DNA from: Paraspadella gotoi
Lineage: Eukaryota > Animalia > Chaetognatha
DNA: 64,000 nucleotides
NCBI GenBank assembly: GCA_051294375.1
Contig: CM119263.1
Span: 8,433,398-8,497,397, forward strand
Direction: 5' to 3'
Each line of letters begins with the position of its first letter. Positions within the stretch are counted from its first letter, which is position 1. A program made the position numbers and the translations under genes. Below are positions 39,901 through 51,613 of this stretch, one piece after another. Under the pieces are notes generated by a model. The model saw nothing but the letters and a program-made list of their open reading frames with translations. It ran no database searches and was not told the DNA's origin.

Positions 39901-42900
39901 CCTTAACCTATAAACCACAAAAAAGTTATTAAGATTATCTGTCGAATCAAACTCATTAAAATTACAAAAAAATGTAATTGAATTTGACCTGCTCGAAGGA
40001 TTTCAACCCTTGATGTTTTCCTAAGCTGGTAATACCATCGAGAATATCTCTCTTTAGTTGAGGTTCGGAGCACATTTCGTCTAAACCTGGTGTGCAAACG
40101 CTTAATTTTATGTCTATTTCAAAGCTGGAGACGCTGATAAGTAAAATTCAGAATCAAATTCAGATTTCTCACTTCTTTCGGGCAATCCTTTGCTTTTAGC
40201 CCAGACGACTACTTCCAACTCTTCAGGAACCACGATAGCGACTGCTGCTGATTTTAGGCTGCTGCCGGAAACAAAGATTTGCGCAACCAGTGGATGGCGT
40301 GAGTAAACGTTCTCAACTTTTTCGGGAGCTACATACTCCCCCTGGGACAGTTTGAAGAAGTGCTTTTTCCGGTCGATGATTTTTAGCGTCCCTTAATCGA
40401 TAATAGATGGTTTTAAATGCAAGAGGTTGAGGTAACTATTTTTGTTTTTTGGGGGGAAGAACATGATTGCTTGCATTCACTGTTTCCTTATTATTATTAC
40501 CTCTCTCCGTAAACATTCCAATGTCCCCTGTGTGCAGCCAACCGTCCTCATCGATTGCCTCTTTTGTTTTTTCGTCATCCTTCAAGTATCCCTTGAAAAC
40601 ATTCGGGCCTTTAATGCAGACCTCTCCCTTTCCATCTTTGGCAAAGTATTCCATTTCGGGAACGTCCACTACTTTCATGAAGTTGGCTAAAATCAAAATA
40701 AAAAATTAAATTAAAAAAGTAATATTTGACTAAAGATGAAGACATAGAAAAATGCTGTACGACGCTTACATGGAATGGGCGGGCCGACTTCTTCCTCAGA
40801 AATTTCGCCTGGAAGCTGACAACTGCAGCCTCCAGCGCATTCGGTTTGACCATATCCCTCAATTACGATGGCTCCAAGCGCACAGCGAGCAAAGCGCATG
40901 ACAGTCGGCGAGAGGGGAGCAGATGCAGATATTACAAACTTAACGTTACCTCCTTAAAGATGATATTGACCATGTTCATATCAGTACCAAGTTAATGTTA
41001 TGAATTTTAATATCACTGAATAACTATTAAATTACCGAATCCATTGTGGATCTTTTTGAAAACTAATTTATCCCAAAAAGAATCTTTGACGAATTCGCAT
41101 TTGCCTAGTTGTTCTTGTTTCTTTTTCAAGGCGTGGTTAAAGAGAAACTTCTTGATCACAGAAGTACTTGCCTATCGATGGCATAATTTTATTATTTAAC
41201 GAATAACGGAATGATAATACTTTCGTGATCTAACCTGCGAAGTAACCGCGTCGCATATTTTGTTGAGTAATCTGGGTACCGCGGGAAAGATGGTAGGATG
41301 CAAGGCTTGCATGTCGTCTTTTAAAGCTTTAATATCACCGCTAAAGTAACCGATGGAGGCTCCAACCATCACCATCGTATGTTCCAGTACCTTAATGTAG
41401 ATTTGAGATAATATTTCAAAATAATTATGTCATTCGTCATCTTACCTGTCCAAAAACGTGCGCCAATGGTAGGTAAGAAATTATAATGTCAGTGTGGTCC
41501 ATTTGCAGTATTCCTAAGACTTTCATGGCACTGCCAATACTCGAACAAATATTTCCGTGGGAGAGCATAGCCCCCTTGGGGCTGCCGGTCGTTCCACTTG
41601 TGAAACAGATGAGTGCGATGTCTTCGCTGGTTGGCGGAATGACTTGACGGAGGTTTTTCTGCGAAATAAGCTTTCTGTCGAGACTTATTACAGCACAAAC
41701 ATGAAGGTTCCAAATTGTCTCACCCTTCCTATTTTGACAACATCTTCAAAGGTCAAGAGATCAACCCCAGATCCCTCGGCGAATGTGGCCAAATCTCGGT
41801 CTATGCCATTTATCACGATTATTGTTTTCAAGGTAGGGATCTCTGACACTCGAGACAAAATGCCCTTGGCCTGTGAATAAATAATATAGCCTCAACCTGT
41901 GCATAACAATATCGAGGAAAATTAGCGGTAGAAACCTTTGCTGAGTCTTCACAAATGACCAGGGTTATATCCGCCTTGTCGATGATGTAGGTACAAGCAT
42001 CGGGTCCCAGGGTGTCGTAGAGAGGTACCAAAGTCATGGAGTACATGAAACAGGCCTGTGAAGTAGATTGAAACTATTTCATTTTTGCCCGCTTTTAGAG
42101 GGTGCACGTTAAAAACTCACGTGCATGCATATAGAATAGCTGGGCGTGTTGATCGAGTATATGCCGACGCGACAATCAGGACCAGGTTCCGATCCCATGG
42201 ACAGCAACCCACTACCAAATGCTAGCATCTTCTCATGAGCCTCCTCGTAGGACATCCACCTGTAACCTTCTTGGGGCGAGGGTCGCCAACCAAAGCAGTT
42301 GCCTTTTGGTTTAATCCGTAGTCCGCGTTGAAATCCTTCGTATATGGTTGACACCTCGCCTAATGAAAAAAAAATAGTTAGCTATGTCACGTTAAAATTT
42401 TCGTTACTTCATGAGTTTGAATATAATATATTGTGGCAGCAATAATAATAATATATAATAATATAAATTTTTAAAGTTACCCAGAACTTTAGAAATGAGG
42501 TTGCCGTTTTCTATAGACAGAGCTTGATATATTTTTGATCCGTCCTCCTGCCAACGAATTATTTCAAGAGAAACAGGATTTGAATCAAAGGAATTAAATC
42601 TTCGTTCTATACTCAGTTACTCACATCTTTAAAGCTTCTGGAGATCGGTATGTCCGTGCGAAGTCTGATAATTTGTGGAATCTTCATCTTGTTTGAGGTA
42701 CTTTTTTAGGTTTTATATTAAAAAAAAGTTTGAAATTTATTTCTACAACGAATTTGTTTTTATTAGAAAACGTACATGTTTCGGTTTTTAATTCAAGCCT
42801 TCATCAGCGTCATTGTTTTATAATGGTTTGACGCTTCCCTGAATGTACAACTTTGATTAGGGTTCGAGGGGCTTGTATTTTACGTACATGGTGACAATTT

Positions 42901-45900
42901 TACAAGCGCCGGTAAAAATACGCTGTCATTTGCAACCCAGTAGTTATTTTATTGATTTTGAAAATTAGTTGAGTAGAAAATATTAAAATCATTTTCAAAT
43001 CCATCTTCCAGTTATCATTGCTGAGGCATATCAAAATCGATTCTGATAATATTTGCATATATAAATAGTTTAGGTTTTTATTTTTAAATTCATATTTAAC
43101 ATTGAAAAAATGACAGCGTTTTTTTTACCGGCGCTTTGTAAAATTGTCACCATGTATTGTTAATTTTTTTTTATTGCCGTCAAAAATAAAACTGTAATTT
43201 ACAGATGTATGTTTTGAATGTTTAATTTCATATTTGAGGTTTATTACAATTTGTCCAAATTATAATTTGTTACAAAATATTCAAAATAAGGAAAATAATT
43301 CGTCTTAAAATAATTTATGAAACTATTTGAAAGAAACAAAGCATATAAAAAATTCATTAAAAAAAAACCCCATGAAACTTATATGTAAGCAAATTCTGCC
43401 AATTAATTTAGTCATAAGAAAGGTTTGTAACATTGTAGAATGCATGTCAATGTAGGCCGCGTCGCTCCTTTCCGAACAGGCCATTCAGAAAACCGGTTTA
43501 GAAAAGAGAGCGAATTCTTCATCAGGTAGTCCACGCCGAGATTAAAGGTTCGATTACATGCAATCAGGGAAAGCATCAAAAAATATTTAGTTTCTCCGAG
43601 TTTTTTACCGTTCCATGGCTACTTGGGTTTCCAATTTTGCAAATTTAAATCTGAATGTACGAATAGCTAGCTTATTAATTTAACGAAGTTTCACCAACTA
43701 AAAAACAAGTCTTCCTCTAATTGTCGATTTTGTGGTCGTTTCAACCGAGCAGATTTTCCTGTTTTGTTCTAATTTCAAAACAGAGAGAGAGGGAACATAT
43801 TTTTTAAGCTTTTGCGAGAGAGCACGAAAGCGCCAGCATATGTAGAGGGGCCCGAAAGAACCGGTCGGAGATGAATAACTGGTTACATGACTTATCACAG
43901 TTTATCCCATAGAACGTTCTTTGTCATTCTCTTTGGATTTAACTTATTTTTAGTTCTGTTGAACATTGGACATAGCGTGTAAAAATCCTATATATGTTAT
44001 AATTTTATAACTTTTTTTACAGATTTGGATTCTTCATAAAAAGTTAATGAAATAATTTTTTTTTTAAAGTTTTTTTTATCAAGTTAAAGATCATAAAAAC
44101 CTATATTTTAAGCTATATATGAAATTAGTATAACCAATATAAAATTTTTCATTCATTTAATAAATAAGCTATCTTGCCCCTGACTTAGGACAGGCTTTGG
44201 TGGTTTAAGGCCATATATTATTATATATATTATTATTATATATATTATTATATTTTAAGCCACTTTTAACAAGGAATTCAAATCTGCAAACAAAATTAAG
44301 AAAAGCCTATTTTGAAATTTAGTATTTTATAAGGATAATACTATAGATAAAGCCTACTGCAAAAATTAGAAACATAAATTTTTTTTTATGAATTAGTCTT
44401 TACTGGTGGTACATAATTGACTTTTATAATTTTTATAAATAACTTTCACTACGCTCTTTAGGAGAAGTTTTAATAACAGCTGCAGTTGTCACAAAATATT
44501 ACGTATAAAAATGTTTTCTAACATTTTATCGTTATCTACATTAAATATCATTTTAAAAATAAAAGTTATGACATAATTGAAATAAAAATTAACTTAGTCA
44601 ATGCAATAGTTCTCATTCGATGTGTTTTGTTTAAAATAATTCTATACGCAAACTCGTTAGGTGTGGTCACTGCAAACAGTTGAAGCCCCAGTATGAAGCG
44701 GCCGCGAAAAAGCTAAAAACCAACGACCCGCCCATTCCACTGGCTATCGTCGATGCCACGGTAACGTTGGCCTACACATTACACTCCGTACAGTTTAAAT
44801 CTCGGCAGACAGGATATATGTTCTATGAGAAGTTGGTCCATATATTCTGTACTTGTGTAATTTCGTGATCTCCTCGGGATGTGATTGCGTGAAAAGAAAG
44901 AATGCCCGTTCCTTGTTATTTAAGATAGCAATTTTTCACAAAGCGGTCCCCCGACTTGCCCCCCTCACAGAAAGCGACGGAGATCGCCAAGGAGTTCGAC
45001 GTCACCGGTTACCCGACTCTCTTCGTCTTCAGGAAGGGAAAGAAGTCTGAATACAAGGGCGGCAGGGATGAGCAGGGCATCGTTGAGTACATGAAAAGAC
45101 AAGTAAGTTAGTCATTTGAGTAATTAAGGAGACCATTTTTTATTTAAATCCCTCATTTGACAACTCAGACGGGTCTCCCTTCGGTTGAGCAGTCATCGGC
45201 GAGGGCGATCCGTGACGCAATGGACTCCCAGCGACCGACGCTGGTCGGCTTTTTCCGTGATGATCAGGACCCCTTATTTCAGACCTACATTCAGGTACGA
45301 TGATTATGACTGCGATGCGCAACGAAGTAGTTATCTAAATTGTGCGAAACCTTTGTCTTTTGTTTATACTTTTTATCTTTGACGTCTGATGTCTTTTAAT
45401 ACCTTTGTGGTTCTCTGGAAAAAACAAAGTTGCAAAGATTTATAAAAATTATGGCAAAATTGAACATTTTGAGACAGAGACTTTCGAGTCGGTTATTTGT
45501 TTTTCGCTTGTCACTTCGCAAACAAGTTTGGGGCAAACAACTTCCTATGATAATTAAGCGGTAATTCTTTCCTACTTCCAATTTGTGATCTTAACAGATC
45601 ATAACAAATCATAGCTTAACAAATCATGCAAAAAAATTTTTAGTATTTATAAATCAATTTATCTATAAATCATTATCAGTAGCTGCGCCAATACCCACTT
45701 GCATAATTTGGTCAACCCCCCCTAACCACCCCTAATCTTAACCACCTTTAACCCTAACCTTAACCACCTTTAATACTCACCACCCTTAATTAGCAAAAAT
45801 TTGTGACTTGTTTCCGAAAAATAGGCTGCTAACGATCTCCGCGACGAATGGAAAATGTTCCACAGCTTTTCATCCTCCGTCGCTTCTTCGTTGGACGCCG

Positions 45901-47787
45901 TTGTCAGCTCGGTCGCTCTTTTTCATCCAGGTGGGCCGTTCCGTCGCTTCCTTTACTTAGCTATTATTGAAAGATATATTTAGTTGCTATTATTGAAAGA
46001 TATATTTAGTTGCTATTATTGAAAGATATATTTAGTTGCGCCACGAGTACTCGCGGAGCAACTCAATAAGTCACTTTTCGGTCGGTCCGATGGTCCGTCG
46101 GTATGTCTGTCCATCGGTCTGTCCCATTTACATTGAAAATGCAGCAATTTGCTTTGAGTTGGTTGCTCATTTGTTTAGACAGAAAAAAACCTCAAATCTA
46201 AGCTAAGGGACTGCTAGCGCCGCCTTCAGGAATTCCTAAAACTAAAAAATAAAAGACGTGTCATGTCATATCAAAAAGAAATATACGTAAAAATAAAGTC
46301 ACTACGGCGCAACACATTGGAATTAGCGTTCTTGTTTTTATCTTATCTTAATTTTTTTGTTCCTCAAATTCACGCAGAACATCTTCGTTCCAAATACGAG
46401 CCAAAAATGTTCGCCTTCACTACCGGCGACTCCGAAGCCTTTAAAAAGTTCGCCGCGAATCACGAGAGGCCCCTCGTCGGTCACCTCGACTCACAGTCCA
46501 ATTCTAGAGCCTACAGGGAAGTCGAGGTAAGACTTTTCATTTTACAGTCTCTCTTAATTAAATTGTCATCTAATAATAATTGTAGTTTTTTAGTTTCCCT
46601 GACATTTTTTAGTATTTTCTCTCTTTTCCTTAGAATCTCTGCATCGTCTTTTACGACGTCGACTTCTCCCACGAGCATCGGACGGCCACTCAATTCTGGC
46701 GCCAAAAAGTCCTCAAAGTCGCCGACAAGCATCGAGACGTCGTTTTCGCCGTCGCTGACGAAAACTTTGACATGTTCGAGGTGCCGACATTTGTGTTGAT
46801 TCAATTCTGTTTGTTTGAGAACTGCTGCTTTCTTTCAATAGCTTCACTTCATTTAAACATGATTTATGAGTCATGTGTAAAGACATTAATTCGCTTTGAC
46901 TAACATTATGTAAATATTAAAATGAATTGGAAACAACTTTACAGAAAATGGGATTCGAAGAGACTGGCGAAGATATCAACGTCGGCTGCTTGAAGAAAAA
47001 GCAGATCAAATATCCAATGCCGATGGACGACGGCTTCGACGAGGAAACCCTCGAACAGTTCGTCAAGGACTTCAAGCTGGGCATGGTCTGGTTTTTTTTT
47101 TTTTTGGTTTTTTTTAGATTTCCATCTTTGTTTTTCTTACTTCTTATTCATCTACTTCTCTTGTGCCGTGTTTTCTTTCAAGACGGCGCCCAAGTACAAA
47201 TCGGAGAAGCCACCCAAGAAAAATTCGGGTCCCGTTAAAGTAGTGGTCGCCAATACCTTTGAAGAAATCGTCAAAGACAAGACCAAGGACGTCTTGATTG
47301 AATTTTACGCCCCTTGGTGCGGTCATTGCAAGGTAACCGCCGTTGAATAATGAAATATGAGCGTGGACAATGTCGACCGCGTTCTTTTTTCTCCGTCGCA
47401 GAGTCTCGTTCCAGTCTACAAAGAACTCGGAGAGAAGGTGAAAAAGGTGTCCTCCGACGTGGTCATTGCCAAAATGGACGCAACTGCCAACGATGCTATG
47501 CCGGGTTTCGAAGTAGAGGGATTCCCTACCATCTACTTTGTACCCAAGAATGCCAAGGAGAAGGTAAATAGTAAAAATATTCAGGTTGGTTTTATATTTT
47601 TTGTTTCAAAAACTAATTTAAGTTTATATACTTCGTTTTCAGTCCCTTTTATATTAAATAACAATGTACTATGCTGAAATCTTCTTCCTTCCAGCCGATT
47701 TCTTACTCCGGCGACCGAAGCCTCAGCGATTTGGAAAAGTTCGTCCGCGAGCATTCGACCGTCAAAGCCATTAAGGACGAACTCTGA
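33906..47787 (+). CDS. PDIA4: Protein disulfide-isomerase A4 (ERp72), 15 exons
   Basis: Signal peptide, acidic N-terminus, three thioredoxin domains (EFYAPW|CGHC, EFFAPW|[14 protein letters not shown]), b/b' region (FYDVDFS...QFWRQKVL) and C-terminal KDEL. All junctions in phase; intron 5 spans 34946-44660. Confidence 0.95.
35717..38129 (-). CDS. Small secreted H-type-lectin-like protein (about 123 aa), nested antisense in PDIA4 intron 5
   Basis: Exons 38129-38072, 37986-37850 and 35893-35717 splice in phase: [33 protein letters not shown]...[17 protein letters not shown]|VNVN...GVTIWAKT...[10 protein letters not shown]. This matches the H-type lectin pattern F...F..PP.V...W(I/L)A. Confidence 0.7.
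36442..36485 (-). ncRNA. Minimal type I hammerhead ribozyme, Penelope-like-element type
   Basis: ACG-CTGATGA-A-GACTC-gcaaccaaaa-GAGTC-GAAA-CATG-TC-CGT: intact core, 5-bp stem II, palindromic stem III loop, GUC triplet and 3-bp stem I. Confidence 0.8.
36633..36676 (+). ncRNA. Minimal type I hammerhead ribozyme, inverted partner of 36442-36485
   Basis: ACG-CTGATGA-A-GACTC...GAGTC-GAAA-CATG-TC-TGT; stem I contains a G-U pair. Confidence 0.75.
37340..37745. repeat. AT-rich non-autonomous DNA element family
   Basis: Shared terminus ACTTTCAMTACGCTCT and internal GATTTGGATTC. Related copies at about 43975-44458, 60797-61230 (reverse), 63220-63652 and partially about 53200-53290. Confidence 0.65.
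39770..42687 (-). CDS. Long-chain fatty acyl-CoA synthetase (ACSL1/5/6-like), 13 exons, nested antisense in PDIA4 intron 5
   Basis: Motifs [27 protein letters not shown] (AMP-binding), [47 protein letters not shown] and LTPTFKTKR. All junctions in phase. Confidence 0.93.
42770..42810 (-). ncRNA. Minimal hammerhead ribozyme just upstream of the ACSL start
   Basis: ACG-CTGATGA-A-GGCTT...AAACC-GAAA-CATG-TA-CGT; GUA triplet, one stem II mismatch. Confidence 0.65.
42887..43154. mobile_element. MITE with TA target duplication
   Basis: TIRs CATGGTGACAATTTTACAAGCGCCGGTAAAAA...CGCTGTCATTT and their reverse complement; TA on both flanks. Confidence 0.9.
45961..46038. repeat. Three exact 26-bp tandem copies at a mobile-element junction
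   Basis: CTATTATTGAAAGATATATTTAGTTG x3; the last 8 nt equal the element terminus. Confidence 0.95.
46031..46250 (+). mobile_element. DINE-1/Helentron-like non-autonomous element
   Basis: TTTAGTTGCG start, GTCGGTCC/GTCTGTCC repeats, homolog of 31190-31364. Confidence 0.6.
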
Positions 47788-48090
47788 ATCCCCGTCCGGG
47801 GGAGTGGGAGGTCCGTTTTTCTCATTCGCCTCCCGCAGTCACCGCTCTTCCATCCCCCCCCCCCGCCTTTTTTTCAATCGAATTGACGAAGTCAGTTTGA
47901 TCCGTCGCCGCGATTCGAAAAATCTCTCTCCACTTGTTTTTTTTTCGCCGGATCTTGTTTCACGAGTTTATCTGGATTACGTTTTAGCTACGTTCTAGGT
48001 TCTTCTTTGTATAAACTCGCGTTTTTCGCTTGCTAGGAATTATTATAAAACGACAAATGCACCGATTTTTTTTTTATCGCACTTGTAATT

Positions 48091-48096
48091 AATAAA
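48091..48096 (+). terminator. Probable PDIA4 polyadenylation signal
   Basis: First AATAAA after the PDIA4 stop, followed by GT/T-rich sequence. Confidence 0.55.
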
Positions 48097-48289
48097 ATCA
48101 TCTCCTTCAAACGGCCTTTGGTGATTGAACCGATTAACTTACAAGACCGTTTCCAGTTTGAGAGTTTTAGTTTTAACAGCCGTTTACAAATTTTTACTTC
48201 TAGACATTTACATCAAAAATATCATTTATTTTGTAGATGAAACAATAAATTGTTTTTCCATTAATTGAATAACTGAATAACAAATAAAC

Positions 48290-50645
48290 ATGAATCCCAT
48301 CGCTCACTGTCGGAACTCGGACTCTGACGGAGAACTGGTGAAATATAGAAGAAAACGAAAACGGGTTAAAAGTTATTCACTCTTCATTTCGGCGCTTTCC
48401 TCGTCTTCTTTGCAAAAGCATCGAGTATTTCAATTTCAATTGATCTTAACAAGTAGGTGTCTGAATAGAAGTATTCTTATAATTTTGATTAAATACCACT
48501 CATCTTTTTTCTCTTAGTTTTAATCGTCATTTCCGCCAATCTTCTTTTCGCCGTGCACGGCGCTGCCGACGCCGCTGCCGACGCCACTTCCGATGCCGCG
48601 TCGTCGCTCGACGCCGAAATTTCTTCCCTCAAATCGAAAATGAAAAACTTGACGAAAAAGTCGAAAGAGGATGAGGAGAACAGACGGATAAAGTGTAGCG
48701 TCTGTCGGAAACTCGTCGACAAGTTTATGGAGGGACTTGAGAAGTGAGATCCCGAAAGAGTTGGAATGTATTGTTGGTGAATTTCACGTCTTTCTTTCTT
48801 TCTCTTTCTTTTTCTTTCTTTCTCTCTTTCTTTCTTTTTTTCTTTCTTTCTCTCTTTCGTTCTTTTTTTCTTTCTCTCTTTCTTTCTCTCTTTCTTTCTT
48901 TTTTTCTTTTTCTTTTTTTCTCTTTCTCTTTCTTCCTCTTTCTTTCTCTTACTTTCTTTTTTTCTTTCTTTATCTTTTTTTACTCTCTCTTTTCTTTCTC
49001 GCTCTCTCTCTCTTTTTCAGGACAAAGAAAAGTGGTTACGGCGGCGGAAACACTGCGTGGGAAGAACAGAGTTTGGGTCGAAATACCTTTGCTTTCTCAG
49101 AGACCAGATTCGTCGAGGTATTTTTCCGTGATAAAATATTGACTCTACTGTACCTGATAAGTTTGAAATAAGAATTTTTTTCTCTCGTCAGATTATGGAA
49201 AAAGTTTGCGAAAATGTCTCCGGCGAACGAGAGACTTTCTACTGCGGAAATCTTGTGGAAGAGCACGAGGACACGATTGAGGAATGGTAAGTGGGAAAGG
49301 CAAAAATCCATCAACTTAATTAAGTATCGGTCTTACATTCTTTAAGGTTTCAAGCAAAAAAAATTCACGAACTAGAAAACCTCCTCTGCATCGAGGTATG
49401 ACTTTTCCGTTCGAGATCCTTTTTCCGATGAACCTTCCGAAAATACATAGCCATTGCCCAAACGCCCATTTCAGACGTTGGCCTTTTGTTGTCCCTATAA
49501 TACTTACGGTCCCGACTGCACGGCTTGTCCCAACGTTTCGGCCGCAGTTTATTGCAATGGGCAAGGGGAGTGCGGGGGCAACGGGACGCGAAGTGGAACC
49601 GGGGAATGCAGCTGCACCTCGCCTTACAACGGTGAGCGTCGTTGTGTCGATTGGTTACGCTCTTCGGTTTCAGTATTTTGAAACAAGTTTTGTAAAGTTA
49701 ATAGATTATGGAAATGGAAACGTTATTTTTTTTTAATATATATTTTTAGGTAGTTTGTGTCGAGAATGCAATTTTGACCATTTCGTGGACCACAGTCTCA
49801 GTAACGACTCGCACGTTGTCTGTACCATGTAAGCCAGGGCCCAGGACTGTATTCGAATATCAAATGATTTTTTTCGAATGTCTCCCAACGTGGAATTAAA
49901 CGTTTGCAGATGCAACGAAACGTGTGGCAGCGAGGGTTGCGTCGGACCCAATGGTACTCAATGCAACAACTGCGCCAATGGTTTTGTCATGAGTCAGTTC
50001 GAAGACGGCCGTCCCAATGGTGAGCGGATTACAACTAACCTCTCATCTATATCATTTCCTTTTATTCAACAGTTATATACATATTACATAATCTCTTTCC
50101 CGAACTTAATTCTCATCACATATTTTCGGCCTTTTAATAAAAGTTTTATGTCGCATTCTTCTCTCAATCAGAATGCCTCGATGTTGACGAATGTCTCGAT
50201 GCTTCCGCCTGCGATGAAAGGACCGAGTATTGCGTCAACACAGTCGGCGACAAGGATTGCATCAAGTGCGATGAAGTGTGTCATCCACGAAAAGGCTGCG
50301 CCGGATGTCAGTCGCCTACATATTTTAACATTTTCGTCCGGAATTTTTATGCGACTCATTAATTTCTTATCAGATGGCCCTGGCAACTGCACGGCCTGTC
50401 GACGAGGCGCCGATTGGGACGCGGATCGAAGAAACTGCGTCGTCGTCGACTGGAAAGCCTACGACGACGACCTCGCCAGAAACGACGACGACAGAACGGA
50501 CGACGATGAAGATGGAGGCCAAAAATCCGACGACGGCGGCGACGACGAAGAGAACGACGACGACGACAGCGAGAAAGACTTTGACGATTCTGACGAAGGA
50601 GATGAAAAAGATGTTAGCGACGATAACGAAAAGGATGAACTTTAG
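48290..50645 (+). CDS. CRELD2: CRELD-family protein (cysteine-rich with EGF-like domains), soluble CRELD2-like form, about 11 exons
   Basis: CSVC motif, hallmark GGGNTAWEE, SETRFVEIMEKVC, CCP..TYGPDC, EGF/furin-like repeats (C.DVDEC), acidic tail and terminal KDEL. N-terminal exons uncertain. Confidence 0.88.
48788..49020 (+). repeat. About 230-nt almost pure polypyrimidine (TTTC/TC)n tract in a CRELD intron
   Basis: Seen directly; ends at the AG acceptor 49019-49020. Confidence 0.95.
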
Positions 50646-51613
50646 AGCGTATCCATTTTTTAAAAGTTCACTTTTGGCTTCTCTCCCACCTTCCACACAT
50701 GACCATCGTTACTTTACCATGTAACTATTTCGTCTTGCAAGATTCTCGTGCACTCGCTAAAGTTATATTTTTTGTTTGTTTCTGTGATAGAGGGGTCGTT
50801 TTTGACATTGTATCATTTTAGTCTCTTCATCAAAAACGCAATAAATTCGATTAAATACATTTTTGCAGTATGATTTCTTGTAACTATGTTGACTGATTAG
50901 TGTAAAATATTTTTATACATACATACATTTAAATGAATTAAATTTTACAAATAAAGCGACAATTATTCCTCAGAGATAACGCTTAGATAGGAAGTACATG
51001 AAACTTCAGTCACTAAGATTAATTGGCAAGAAAAAAGATTCCTAATAATATTTAAACTTTTTTTTTTTACTGCGAAAGAAAAATAACGAACTTTCAACTC
51101 CAGTATCAGGAACGAATGATTATTTCTCTCCCCCGTTTGAAATCAACAGATAAGGTACGTCACCCTAAATATCTGACGAAATCACTATCACCATAATCAT
51201 TAAAAGATTTTTACCGATAAAATCAGTTGCAATAAATCAACATCAATCACAAAAAACATCTTGCATCAATTCTATCGCGAACAAGAGTATAAAATATTAG
51301 CAGTTTATACAGTTTACGCAGACAAGATCATCGCGTCTCATCAGGTAGTTGTACTTAAGATGACGGCACAGATGAGAAGTTGGTTGTGTTTCATGGCCAT
51401 AACTCAAGCTTTTAGGAATAACTCAAGCTTTTAGGAATTTACAATTTAGCCTTATATTTTTCTTTCTCACATCCCTTTTCGGCCTTTGCCTTCGTCATTC
51501 AATTAGTACTAATTCTCCGCCTTGAATCATGTGGTTACTGTGATAAAAAAAAAACCATTTCTTACTTTTGCCAAAAACGGAAACTAAGGAGTAAAAAACG
51601 GACAAATACGAAA

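Noticed and set aside
45715-45790. Telomeric array
   Set aside because: Only a short degenerate TAACC-rich intronic stretch.
47080-47090. GC donor in PDIA4 exon 12
   Set aside because: The GT donor after GGC ATG gives the right phase and alignment (FKLGM|TAPKYKS).
48737-49171. Phe/Ser/Leu-rich membrane protein ORFs
   Set aside because: Translation of an intronic polypyrimidine tract.
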